Positions 12,501 to 18,613 are shown, numbered from the stretch's first letter. The stretch is DNA of 64,000 bases from a virus (IMGVR_UViG_2914923772_000011:1-64000); one strand, 5' to 3'. The notes: generated from the letters alone by a model not told the origin. Numbers and translations: made by a program.

Positions 12501-12597
12501 GCTTAATATGGATGAGAAAGACAAAACGCTGATCGATGAGGCTCCCGATGAGGGTGAGGAACCGCCCATGCGAAAAGTTGTAGGTCTGGAGCGATAA
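3577..12597 (+). CDS. Giant polyvalent protein: ArdC-like N-terminus, LPD11-like segment, N6-adenine methyltransferase, SNF2-family helicase (DarB-like)
   Basis: AAAGGAGG RBS before ATG 3577. MTase motif I ILEPACGTGNF and motif IV GNVPF. Helicase Walker A LAHEVGAGKT, DESH, ATGTP, motif VI QRLGRIVRQGN. Confidence 0.9.
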   Translation: MAIRYKALTELYQETQRKVTAPAEWQQFLTSACRNYRLSFDEQLLVYAQRPDATAVLEIERWNKRFGRWVNRGANGIAVFDGEHSGKQRLKYYFDVSDTHEGRFSRPVPLWTVRSEYAPDIIEALENSFGELEQKDNLGAALLSAAKNAVEDNIHDYLSELSHLTEGSFLEELDEYNVEVMYRRALQTSIGYMLVVRCGLDPSEYFEDDDFRDVLNFNTPETLNALGVAAGDISQMCLSEIARTTLALQRQPQKENRTFETAQENQYPVTEQKIKQPERSIEYDRDHIQQTGQLQPAESSAPAGAGSGSWEIRITSPEVPEGESQDHLHQSADQRQAERPSGRDRADGTLPDGSDGGADGQNRGRDGGTESPRSDEVGATHEQPSERSGGNDPHGADLQLSDTEQADSQELPAFLDEAQIMAVIANKDDNLKYKKQQIELFFSVHTDQRERADYLKSAYQDRYTEIIADGQRLGYKPQEDGLLMWEGSYLSRTKESVFSWDLVAGWTAQLIDKKEYFIQTDIRQLPTQESQQMSLFDFPSFGSSTPSEGEPQRSLFSRPALSQQVIDEALCIGANDQNSRLIICAYFKKDKPLEDNTRFLMEHYGENGAGFYLDSRKYSIWYNTEGIHVAEGETAQRTAATLIPWEQAAKRIRELLDLGRYMPQSELDRVDGYERQQRAAQLWYLRQDFAEGTANAGFLPTINAIYSRHKGFPDESAAIEELLNSPDTLQTVRDELEGFIKAYEYDKELLRFRFHRPQKLLEQISDLQREPLHFTAAEGYDPQRRFFISGDEIDNLLRGGKRSTDYRLAVYSFYRNHSDRKEREDFLKHYHGEYSGYSSGNDDVTYQLSKGVHFSHGSMTEPYAKVELKWNAVEKRVSAMIAQGRFLSDEDRAAMPQYEKHQLAQNIRAFFENVPQEQAHPYPYGFDYWDAVKLIEPQLDDPARVEEIYQMMVPVWEATPQDDRMYALRQRAFENLTAYRQGTFTLFAEKKEPVSPQAVQEPKKAYDLGFGHLGNGLTVWNRLEEVDGDYRTVAHIAPDRTVQIYDEEMPQEVRDRIQQVADTSEMTVSTTQNAPVFSVPPREEPPQKEETADLYPVLAAQVLHLMGEFDGSRMGYGEDDAQAVENIAQQLQNTTQRQEIHALLQSFLDHADPEEEIAADVALCIERIEELPQPFTQDQALLEQAKELIDQFCQEEYDSYADFSDLEKVGIAYTTVTDEEIPIQVNVDLVNYRVERYLDGQFLERRQYESLEALIQNELTDLDFDNLTAVSEDEMESIGVTQDDYRLLSRLKADCDYYLGAGGRAEKHLWAGSVEAQITKMRELYDALPEKPEWLTEQDIDRYESQMTDGPELSHPPKKEPVPLAPKRIRRERVTFAPLHPEIPREQRHDFHITDDELGHGTPGEKFAANVRAIRCLKRIEAEERLATPEEQEILSRYVGWGGLPQCFEETHSKYAELKSLLDEDEYAAARASSLTAFYTPPVVIRGIYKALAQMGFQQGNILEPACGTGNFIGLLPADMAGSKAYGVEIDSISGRIAQQLYQNASISVNGFETVQMPDSFFDVAIGNVPFGDFKVVDRRYDKHHWLIHDYFFGKALDKVRPGGIVAFITSKGTMDKENSAVRRYLAQRADLIGAIRLPYNTFKQNAGTEVTSDILFLQKRDHITDLEQDWVQLDTDENGIRMNRYFVQHPEMVLGDMVMESTRFGMDSACKAREGADLSEQLAEAIQFLQAEIKPYEQEEPDEEEDRSIPADPTVRNFSYTIVDGQVYYRENSLMYPMEVSVTAENRIRGMIELRECVRRLIEYQTEGYPDEDIQAEQKKLNSLYDSFTAKYGLISSRGNKLAFSEDSSYCLLCSLEVLDEQGNLKRKADMFSKRTIRPHVAVTSVDTASEALAVSISEKACVDMDYMAELSGKSPEELESELAGVIFRNIEGPESPDELRGNPLSLQAFSLVTADEYLSGNVRRKLRMAKAFLETASDSQKEAARRQVEALEAVQPADLGAGEIGVRIGANWVPIDIYQQFMVELLTPGYYAQNRIKILRSEVTGQWAITEKNSDRGNVKVLTTYGTKRMSAYHILEQTLNQKDVRVFYYIEDENGNKKAVLNKKETAIAQDRQELIKQKFSEWIWRDIDRRERLCHIYNETFNSIRPREYDGRHIRFEGMNPEISLRPHQINAIAHILYGGNTLLAHEVGAGKTYEMVAAAMEMKRLGLCTKSLIVVPNHITEQWAAEFLQLYPSANILVATKKDFEKQNRKKFCSRISTGDYDAIIIGHSQFEKIPMSAERQQAILQQQIDEILFGIEQAKSQKAERYTIKQMERTRKSLEAKLAKLNDQSRKDDVVTFEELGVDRIFIDESHYFKNLFLMTKMRNVGGIAQTEAQKSSDLFMKCQYLDELTGGRGVIFATGTPISNSMVELYTIQRYLQYRTLQEMGLIHFDDWASNFGETVTAIELSPEGSGYRAKTRFAKFYNLPELMSVFKQVADIQTADMLHLPVPKANFHTEVIKPSEIQQEMIKGLAERAEKIRGGGVDPHVDNMLRITNDGRKLALDMRLIQPLAPDDPDGKVAVCARNIYRIWEQTKENRSAQLVFCDLSTPEKRRPIEMTVDNEGTAHMADFQNVYDDLLKKLIDLGISWEEIAFIHDADSEAKKKELFAKVRAGQVRVLMGSTQKMGAGTNVQDRLIALHDLDCPWRPSDLQQRLGRIVRQGNENEEVEIFRYVTEGTFDAYLYQLVENKQKFIAQIMTSKAPVRVADDVDETALSYSEIKALATGNPLIIEKCNLDMEVARLNMLKASHLNQVYSLEELVHRKYPAEITRLTERIAGYERDVELAKAHPKAQEGFCGMEVDGKHYTEKEDAGKAIIDVCTKMTGSDAVLLGQYRGFSMVLAYDGMSNEYRITLKGTLSHTVTLGADVFGNITRLDNALENLSGNLDAERAKLEEAKVQLENARTELATPFAREEELAEKTARLKELNILLNMDEKDKTLIDEAPDEGEEPPMRKVVGLER
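4424..4777 (+). CDS. tnpV: TnpV-family protein nested in the +1 frame of the giant gene
   Basis: Own RBS GAAAGGAG (4408-4415). Sequence MTEITYSRQGSYNLPNL...LGKYALLRRKFLKE...GVTEELKARDPMKWVQLMNNLRNAAEE.IL.ELIYS matches the TnpV pattern I recognise. Confidence 0.75.
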   Translation: MTEITYSRQGSYNLPNLLPPQEPEVALGKYALLRRKFLKENRRITYTNLLTSGKLNGHLAEIEQTALSRMDQMVAQMAKTEGVTEELKARDPMKWVQLMNNLRNAAEETILTELIYS

Positions 12598-12608
12598 GCT
12601 CATCCCCG

Positions 12609-12637
12609 GCACCGATTGGAACTGTTCCAATCGGTGC
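12609..12637. terminator. Perfect palindrome between convergent genes (likely terminator)
   Basis: GCACCGATTGGAAC-T-GTTCCAATCGGTGC, 14-bp arms; a second imperfect stem follows at ~12656-12700. Confidence 0.6.
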
Positions 12638-12727
12638 ATACATAAAGAAAGCCCCCTTACATAGCCGGTTCCCACAGGAATAATCTTTGGCTATATAAGG
12701 AGGGTGTTTTATGATGCTGTTGTTGTT

Positions 12728-13096
12728 TTAGTGGATTTTTCTATCTGCCGTGCGGAGGTTTGCATCCCGGCGCAGGGTATCTTTCAAAGAACCGATCATA
12801 TCTTTGATGATACGGATTTCATACTCGTCGCAATCTTCCAGCAACAGCGCAATATCCTTTTCAAACTGCACTTTTGCCATGACGATGTTGTCACAGAGAA
12901 GATCATCACCGGTGACAGACAGTGCATTTGCAATACTGATAATCGTGTTCAGGCTAACGCGGGTGGTGCCGGTTTCAATGTTACTCAGATGTGTCGGAGA
13001 GATGTCAATGAGTTCGGCAAGGCGCTCCTGCGTTAAATCTGCCTTGATACGGGCAATCTTGATTCGTTTGCCGATTGCTTTATAATCAAGTTCCAT
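12728..13096 (-). CDS. XRE-family HTH transcriptional regulator
   Basis: IGKRIKIARIKADLTQERLAELIDISPTHLSNIETG, a canonical XRE HTH. Confidence 0.9.
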   Translation of the reverse strand: MELDYKAIGKRIKIARIKADLTQERLAELIDISPTHLSNIETGTTRVSLNTIISIANALSVTGDDLLCDNIVMAKVQFEKDIALLLEDCDEYEIRIIKDMIGSLKDTLRRDANLRTADRKIH

Positions 13097-13212
13097 ATCG
13101 CGCCCCCTTCGCTTCAATAATTTACACAATGATATTGTAACCACGGAGGGAACGCATTATAATAACTTATATCCGTATACTACGGATATAAGCCAAGAGT
13201 TTAAGAAAATAG

Positions 13213-13683
13213 GTGATATTTTTGACTGTTTGTACCTTTGCTGGTCATCGGGAGGTGTTTTCCTCAACAGTTGAATCGGAGATAGATAAAGCACTGATTG
13301 AGATCATTGAGGCAGATAAAGAATGTGTTTTTTACTCTGGTGGAATGGGTGATTTCGATAAAAAGTGTGAATCTGCTGTGCGAGGGATGAAAAGAAAGTA
13401 TCCAGAACGAAGTATTCGCCTTGTGCGGGTTCTCCCCTATCTGACCCATGAGATTAACCGTGACAAGGAATATTTTGAATCCTATTATGATGATATTGTG
13501 GTTCCGATGGAATTGATGGGTGTCCATTACAAGGCGGCCATCAAGAAGCGGAACCGCTGGATGGTTGACCAAGCAGACAAAATACTGGCCTATATTTATC
13601 GTGATTTCGGAGGTGCCTTTGACACCATAAAATATGCTTACCGCATGGGGAAGCCGGTTCTGAACTTTGCAGTGAAAGAATGA
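13213..13683 (+). CDS. SLOG-superfamily (YspA/DUF1273-like) protein
   Basis: CTFAGHR, SGGMG.FD, RNRWMVD, GGAFDTIKYA...GKPV motifs; GTG start. Confidence 0.75.
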   Translation: MIFLTVCTFAGHREVFSSTVESEIDKALIEIIEADKECVFYSGGMGDFDKKCESAVRGMKRKYPERSIRLVRVLPYLTHEINRDKEYFESYYDDIVVPMELMGVHYKAAIKKRNRWMVDQADKILAYIYRDFGGAFDTIKYAYRMGKPVLNFAVKE

Positions 13684-13739
13684 AATCGCACATTTGATAT
13701 TATTTTTGTGGGTGGGTATAGTATAGAAACTTATCACGG

Positions 13740-13864
13740 TCTAACCACTTCTAAACCCCTGCAATTACGCTGTTTTCAGAGTGGTTAGAAGTGGGTAAAT
13801 GCCGAGAAATGTAGGTAACTCGTGCATTATTTCTACACTACTCCTACATCTATATTCCTACACA
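13740..13864. repeat. Candidate prophage att junction region with inverted and arm-like repeats
   Basis: TCTAACCACT(TCTAA) at 13740 inverted against AGTGGTTAGA(AGTGG) at 13780; CCTACA-type repeats at 13810(-), 13831, 13842, 13856, just downstream of the integrase stop. Core not identifiable without the other att site. Confidence 0.45.
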
Positions 13865-13940
13865 AAGTCAGCCTCCTCGTTGTGCTGAGTGCCTTTGTTG
13901 GTGCTCCCACTTCGGGGAGGCTTTTCTTTGTTTTTACAAG

Positions 13941-15173
13941 CTATTTTATTTTTTCGATTTCATCTTTCAACCACTCAAATTCTCTCTGGGTGTAAACCTT
14001 TTCGGTGATGTCAGAGATCTTGTGACCGACCATATATTTGATTGCGTACTCGTCAACGCCGTACTTCTTAGCCATCGTCACAAAATGTTTACGACCATCA
14101 TGCGGTCTATGCTCAGGGTTCAAATTCAATTCGTCTCGAATCATACCAAAGCCTTTTTGGTATCGAGCATAAGTAAGTGCAGTGTTTTTGCTACGAGCAT
14201 TCGAATTAACATAGTTGAGCAGGTACAGACTTCCAAGTTCCTGAGCCTCTTTATATTTTCGCTCAACCAAATGACGAATCTTCGAGTGAATTGGAACCAC
14301 ACGATCTGTACCGGCATCTGTTTTGATACCGCCTCGGAAAGTCCAGTTTTCCAAATCCACATTCTTTAATTCCAGCAAACCAAGTTCCTGGGGTCGCCAA
14401 CCAGAATAGCACTGAATGAGCAGGACATCTACAAGCATTTTATCATCAGCGTGTTTCCAAAGCAAGTCCATCTCTTCGTCCGTAAAAGGAATATGCTCAT
14501 TCTTAACTGTGACGATTTCTTTGATGGTTTCCTCACTGAGGTTAAAAGTTCGCGAATAGTTCCGGTCAACAAGCTCGTACTCCAAGGCATAATCCAACAT
14601 CAAGTTAAACAAAGACTTGATTTGGTTCTTCATGGATGCACTTGGTGTCTTCTCTTCGCCTCGAACCTTCGATATGCCTTCGTCCATACAACCTTTTACA
14701 TGACGAGCGCGGACATCTTTGACTCGCATATCATATACGGCCGAGCAATACCCCCATGCTGAAGCTACCGAACGAGTGCTTTTAACTGTCTTCTCGTATT
14801 CGGCAAGCCATTTCTCGTAAAGTTCCCTCATGGTGATAGATGGTTCGAGGTCGTAAGGGTTCTTATTGTACTCGACGAGAGCAGCATATGCCTCGTTGTA
14901 TGTTGGAAAATAGGACTCCGGTTTAAGAGGCTTGCAGATAGGTCGTCCGTTCGAATCCTTTCCGACACTTATCATAGCTCTAAATGGGTTGCGGAGATTC
15001 CGATTCTTGATCTCACTGATCTGCCCGAAACCGTTTGGCAGTCTACGGCGTTTATTGTTCTTATTTCGAGGTTTTCTTGGTTTTATATTTGGTTGCAATG
15101 GAAATCCGCAGTGAGGACAAGAAATTGCTTTGTCACTTACTTGTAGTTCACATTCAGGGCATTTTATCAGCAT
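13941..15173 (-). CDS. int: Tyrosine integrase with N-terminal zinc ribbon
   Basis: CPEC...CPHC N-terminus; catalytic R (SGWRPQE), K (IKTDAG), HDGR, VGH, VY; GGAAGGTG RBS before ATG 15173. Confidence 0.92.
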   Translation of the reverse strand: MLIKCPECELQVSDKAISCPHCGFPLQPNIKPRKPRNKNNKRRRLPNGFGQISEIKNRNLRNPFRAMISVGKDSNGRPICKPLKPESYFPTYNEAYAALVEYNKNPYDLEPSITMRELYEKWLAEYEKTVKSTRSVASAWGYCSAVYDMRVKDVRARHVKGCMDEGISKVRGEEKTPSASMKNQIKSLFNLMLDYALEYELVDRNYSRTFNLSEETIKEIVTVKNEHIPFTDEEMDLLWKHADDKMLVDVLLIQCYSGWRPQELGLLELKNVDLENWTFRGGIKTDAGTDRVVPIHSKIRHLVERKYKEAQELGSLYLLNYVNSNARSKNTALTYARYQKGFGMIRDELNLNPEHRPHDGRKHFVTMAKKYGVDEYAIKYMVGHKISDITEKVYTQREFEWLKDEIEKIK

Positions 15174-15207
15174 TATTATCACCTTCCCCATTGATTTGCT
15201 ATTAGTA

Positions 15208-15246
15208 ATCATATATCATAAGTGTAGGAATGTCAACTCCTACACT
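15208..15246 (-). promoter_or_regulatory. SigmaA promoter for integrase with operator-like inverted repeat around -35
   Basis: Minus strand TTGACA (15236-15231), 17 nt, TATGAT (15213-15208); AGTGTAGGA-N8-TCCTACACT palindrome at 15221-15246. Confidence 0.75.
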
Positions 15247-15280
15247 AAACTTTTTAATCAGAGAAAAGAGAAATCAATAT

Positions 15281-15619
15281 ATGATTAGTGATAACCAATC
15301 AATCTGCCCCAAATGTGGAGGGCAGCTTAAATACTACGATCACGTTCGAAGATTGGTACGGACGAAATTCGGCAACAAAAAATGGGTAGCTATCAGAAGA
15401 CTTCGGTGCTGTAACTGCCATGCAGTCCACCGGGAGCTTCCTGACTTTATATTTCCGTATAAACAGTATGAAGCAGACATTATTATCGGCGTGCTCGAAG
15501 GTCTTATTACTTGTGAGACTTTTGGATTTGAAGATTATCCTTGCGAAATGACTATGATTCGCTGGCGCTTGTTTCCACCGAGGTTGTTTTTACTAACAGC
15601 CATTCCTAACCTAAAATAG
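15281..15619 (+). CDS. Zn-finger protein (DUF6431-like)
   Basis: CPKC...RRLRCCNCHAVHRELP...PYKQY pattern; start uncertain. Confidence 0.55.
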   Translation: MISDNQSICPKCGGQLKYYDHVRRLVRTKFGNKKWVAIRRLRCCNCHAVHRELPDFIFPYKQYEADIIIGVLEGLITCETFGFEDYPCEMTMIRWRLFPPRLFLLTAIPNLK

Positions 15620-15642
15620 CGATTGAAAGGAGGCAAACGCCA

Positions 15643-15894
15643 ATGGAAGAAATTATATTTGCATCGGGGTCTGTCCCGGTGGCAGTCGCAGCACGAGTCT
15701 ACGGGAAAGACGCATCCTGGGTTCGAGCCGGCATCGTATCTGGGTGGCTACCAATCGGAAAAGCTACTCGGAGTGGAAAGCTCGTTACGAACTTAGAGGA
15801 AATGAACTCTAAGTATGGACGCATCAACTTTTATATTTCGCCTAAGCTCCTCTGGCAGGAGACCGGCTATATATGGAGGGGTGAACGCGCATGA
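15643..15894 (+). CDS. Small DNA-binding protein, excisionase/Cox-like
   Basis: 83 aa, VPVAVAARVYGKDASWVRAGI winged-HTH-like; strong RBS; located next to integrase. Confidence 0.55.
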   Translation: MEEIIFASGSVPVAVAARVYGKDASWVRAGIVSGWLPIGKATRSGKLVTNLEEMNSKYGRINFYISPKLLWQETGYIWRGERA

Positions 15895-16310
15895 GTACAT
15901 TGATACGACCAGAACTTTCCGAGACTAATCGTTACTGGATCGAGAAACACCGCTATTACGAATTGAAGCATTTCTGCTTACAGTACCCGTTGTGGCGTCA
16001 TGCGTACAATTCGTTGATAGACTATCCGGGTTCATGGCCGCAGTTAGTTCCACCCTGTAAAACAAATGTTGTTAGTGATCCCGTTACCAAGCACATTGAT
16101 GAGAGGCTGTACTATGCCGATCGTATGAAGATGGTGGAACGGGTTGCAAAAGAAACGGACGAAGAGCTTTCGTGTTATATTTTGGAAGCTATAACGGAGG
16201 GTATTTCATACGACCATCTGAAAGCCAGAACCGGTATCCCATGTTGTAAGGATGTTTATTACGACCTGTACAGACGGTTTTTCTGGCTGCTTAATAAGGA
16301 GAGACAGTAA
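15891..16310 (+). CDS. Putative transcriptional regulator (ArpU/RinA-like C-terminal HTH)
   Basis: 139 aa; YILEAITEGISYDHL...KDVYYDLYRRFFWLL resembles RinA/ArpU C-termini. Confidence 0.5.
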   Translation: MSTLIRPELSETNRYWIEKHRYYELKHFCLQYPLWRHAYNSLIDYPGSWPQLVPPCKTNVVSDPVTKHIDERLYYADRMKMVERVAKETDEELSCYILEAITEGISYDHLKARTGIPCCKDVYYDLYRRFFWLLNKERQ

Positions 16311-16513
16311 TGAAGATTGTAGATATTGCAGTAAAAAAAGTCTATCGTTTCAACTGCCCGAATTGCCAGAGTAGGCTTGAGGCCGACAGCAGTGAGCTGA
16401 CAGACATCGGAGGCAAAGTAAGCAAGTTTTATTGCCCCGTATGCCGTAAAGACCGATATATAACTTGGTCTGACTTACGGAAAAAGATCGTCTACGAGGG
16501 TTCGCAGGAATAA
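16310..16513 (+). CDS. Small zinc-ribbon protein
   Basis: CPNC...CPVC. Confidence 0.7.
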   Translation: MKIVDIAVKKVYRFNCPNCQSRLEADSSELTDIGGKVSKFYCPVCRKDRYITWSDLRKKIVYEGSQE

Positions 16514-16530
16514 CAAGCTCCTTTATGAAA
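16503..16530 (+). promoter_or_regulatory. Phage motif copy 1 (putative phage-RNAP promoter)
   Basis: CGC AGGAATAACA AGCTCCT TTATG AAA. Confidence 0.6.
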
Positions 16531-16543
16531 GGAGTGATATTTC

Positions 16544-16771
16544 ATGGAAAAAGAAAACAAAGTTTTAACCTATGCAACAGCATTTGCTGTAGTATCAGGA
16601 GGCATCTTGATGTTGTCTATTGTACCTGCTGCACTCGGCATTAGACAAACGCAAAAAGCGCAGGCGTTTAATCTGATGGCAGATGGATATAGAGCAATGT
16701 CACTTGCTAAAACTTACGATGCAAAAGCAGCAGCGGAAGCGTTAAAACTGACAATTAAAGAAGTGATGTAA
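16544..16771 (+). CDS. Small membrane protein
   Basis: 75 aa with one hydrophobic segment; GAAAGGAG RBS. Confidence 0.7.
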   Translation: MEKENKVLTYATAFAVVSGGILMLSIVPAALGIRQTQKAQAFNLMADGYRAMSLAKTYDAKAAAEALKLTIKEVM

Positions 16772-16786
16772 CTGCTGAAGGATATT

Positions 16787-16805
16787 GAGCCGCTAACAAC
16801 GGCTC
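16787..16805 (+). terminator. Conserved-loop hairpin terminator
   Basis: GAGCCG-CTAACAA-CGGCTC followed by T-rich tract. Confidence 0.7.
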
Positions 16806-16930
16806 TTTATCTTTTCTTTTTCTAACTTAGATTAAAACCCGGACGAAGGTGACAGGTATCTGTGTTAAATTAGTATCTGGAAAAATCCCCGGGTTGAAAT
16901 TTTTGAAAAACAATTTGAAAGGAGATCGTT

Positions 16931-17146
16931 ATGGAAGTCGTTTATGTAGTTGTCGGAATCTTGATTGGGTATGTCGTCTCATCTATCATTCGCCGAAAGC
17001 ATCCTGTCGGTTTTCTGCGTATTGACAAGTCTGATCCGGACGGACCCTATCTTTTTCTTGAACTGAAAAAGAACGTTAATGAAATTATAGCTCAAAGAAC
17101 TGTCCTATTAGAAGTGAAGCGTGAAGACTTTATTCCGCACAAATAA
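16931..17146 (+). CDS. Small protein with N-terminal membrane anchor
   Basis: 71 aa, MEVVYVVVGILIGYVVSSII; strong RBS. Confidence 0.7.
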   Translation: MEVVYVVVGILIGYVVSSIIRRKHPVGFLRIDKSDPDGPYLFLELKKNVNEIIAQRTVLLEVKREDFIPHK

Positions 17147-17163
17147 CACTTCCTTTTATGGAA
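17136..17163 (+). promoter_or_regulatory. Phage motif copy 2
   Basis: CGC ACAAATAACA CTTCCTT TTATG GAA. Confidence 0.6.
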
Positions 17164-17191
17164 CCCTATTAAAACGAAAGGAGAAACGAAT

Positions 17192-17584
17192 ATGGGTGAA
17201 GAAAACAGAAGTTTGTTGGAAGAGGAGATCAAAGCCGAAATTAAGCGCTTGGGATCTCTCGAATCCGGAAGTCAGGAGCATACCACAGCAGTGGATAGTT
17301 TGACGAAGCTGTACAAACTGAAGCTCGAAGAGGATAAGAATGCCTATGAGCGTCTGGACAAGATCGAGAACCGTGAAATCGATCAGGAGTCTAAGACGGC
17401 TCAAATGGCAGAGTCTGTCAAAGATCGATACTTCAGATTTGGTATGGCTGCCGCTGAGCTGGTGCTGCCGTTGATGTTCTACGGCGTTTGGATGAGACGA
17501 GGTTTCAAGTTCGAACAGGACGGAACTTTCACCTCCCAGACATTCAGAGGTTTATTCAGTCGATTCAGACCGACTAAGAAATAA
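17192..17584 (+). CDS. Coiled-coil protein with C-terminal hydrophobic segment
   Basis: 130 aa; GAAAGGAGAAA RBS. Confidence 0.75.
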   Translation: MGEENRSLLEEEIKAEIKRLGSLESGSQEHTTAVDSLTKLYKLKLEEDKNAYERLDKIENREIDQESKTAQMAESVKDRYFRFGMAAAELVLPLMFYGVWMRRGFKFEQDGTFTSQTFRGLFSRFRPTKK

Positions 17585-17598
17585 ACCGGTTCCAAAAG

Positions 17599-17631
17599 CG
17601 GAGAGTTCGTGTATACAACACGTTCTCTTCG
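17599..17631 (+). terminator. Hairpin terminator (loop TATACAA)
   Basis: Imperfect 13-bp stem then TTTTT. Confidence 0.5.
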
Positions 17632-17642
17632 TTTTTCTCCTG

Positions 17643-17670
17643 CTCGAAATTTACAAGGGCTATTGTGAGA
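17643..17670 (+). promoter_or_regulatory. Phage motif copy 3 (variant)
   Basis: CTC GAAATTTACA AGGGCTA TTGTG AGA. Confidence 0.5.
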
Positions 17671-17693
17671 GATGTAAAAGTGCTTTTTATCTC

Positions 17694-17738
17694 TTGATAA
17701 AATACTGATGGCCGCTATACTTAATAGTGCCACACAAT
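17694..17738 (+). promoter_or_regulatory. SigmaA-like promoter with GCCACACAAT downstream element
   Basis: TTGATA (17694), 16 nt, TATACT (17716), GCCACACAAT at 17729. Confidence 0.5.
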
Positions 17739-17757
17739 ATCAAGGAGGTAATTTGCA

Positions 17758-17973
17758 ATGAGCTTTTTTAACGACGCGCAGAGAGACGGTTTACTTACTG
17801 GACGGTATATTTGCAGTGAATGCGGAGGACTTATGGAATTTGAAGACGAGTGGGAAGATACTTTAGTATGTCCTGCTTGCGGTCACTCCGTCGATTTAGA
17901 GCATTATGGTATGGAGAACGATGAAGAATATGATGCTCTATATCCGACCAGAGATCAAATCTGCGACGACTAA
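17758..17973 (+). CDS. Small acidic zinc-ribbon protein
   Basis: CSEC...CPAC; AAGGAGG RBS. Confidence 0.75.
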   Translation: MSFFNDAQRDGLLTGRYICSECGGLMEFEDEWEDTLVCPACGHSVDLEHYGMENDEEYDALYPTRDQICDD

Positions 17974-17997
17974 TTAAGACTATTAGCAAAGGGGAAG

Positions 17998-18015
17998 GAG
18001 TCCTGACGAGGGCTC
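17998..18015 (+). terminator. Conserved-loop hairpin terminator
   Basis: GAGTCC-TGACGA-GGGCTC then T-rich tract. Confidence 0.65.
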
Positions 18016-18044
18016 TTTCTCTTTTCTTTTTATAGGTGATTGAT

Positions 18045-18404
18045 ATGCGATACCACTTTGACAAACCGGAAATTTACTTGTCCTTGTATGGCGAGCGTTA
18101 TATTTGCGAGCATCCGGTTTACAATAGCTGCACTCTCTACAGAATTGAGAAAAGAGGTTTAGCAGTAATTCAGCAACGATTTGACTCCGAGACGAAAAGT
18201 ACATGGTGGAGCGAAGTTGACCCTTGGATTACTGACGCTTTATATTTGCACCCTGATTTTCGAGAATACTTTGAAATGAGGGCTGGGGTGTGTACGGACG
18301 GAATATACCCTACTGTAACGGTTCGCCAAATTATGTGGGCATTAAAAATGAAACCAATTCAGAAAGAACGATGGGAAACCGTATTCGATAGACGGGATAT
18401 CTAA
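18045..18404 (+). CDS. Hypothetical phage protein
   Basis: ~119 aa, AGGTGA RBS. Confidence 0.7.
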   Translation: MRYHFDKPEIYLSLYGERYICEHPVYNSCTLYRIEKRGLAVIQQRFDSETKSTWWSEVDPWITDALYLHPDFREYFEMRAGVCTDGIYPTVTVRQIMWALKMKPIQKERWETVFDRRDI

Positions 18405-18405
18405 G

Positions 18406-18433
18406 CGCAAAAAACGCATCTCCCTTTATGAAA
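18406..18433 (+). promoter_or_regulatory. Phage motif copy 4
   Basis: CGC AAAAAACGCA TCTCCCT TTATG AAA. Confidence 0.55.
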
Positions 18434-18463
18434 ACCATTGAATTTTGAAGGGAGACATGGATT

Positions 18464-18613
18464 ATGAAAACACTAAAGAACAAGCTATATGCTGTAGTAT
18501 TACTTATTTGTGGGTACTTACCGGTACTTATTGACAAAGATGCAACAGCGTTAGTATTCTTTGCGTTTATCGCAATACCGTTGTTCTTTGCAAAAGAAAA
18601 CTGGATTTATTGA
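18464..18613 (+). CDS. 49-aa two-TM membrane protein (not in ORF track)
   Basis: MKTLKNKLYAVVLLICGYLPVLIDKDATALVFFAFIAIPLFFAKENWIY; AGGGAG RBS; lies between motif and terminator. Confidence 0.65.
   Translation: MKTLKNKLYAVVLLICGYLPVLIDKDATALVFFAFIAIPLFFAKENWIY

Larger units (their letters stand above)
1..13683. mobile_element. Cargo end of a conjugative/integrative element (ICE-like), left end outside window
   Basis: Co-oriented hypothetical genes, giant MTase-SNF2 polyvalent gene and TnpV-like gene, all typical of Clostridial ICEs. No conjugation genes or element ends visible, so boundaries are uncertain. Confidence 0.65.

Noticed and set aside
12728-13096. XRE gene as the prophage CI repressor
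   Set aside because: It lies outside the candidate att junction, beyond the SLOG gene, on the ICE side, and lacks a peptidase S24 domain; a trans role cannot be excluded.
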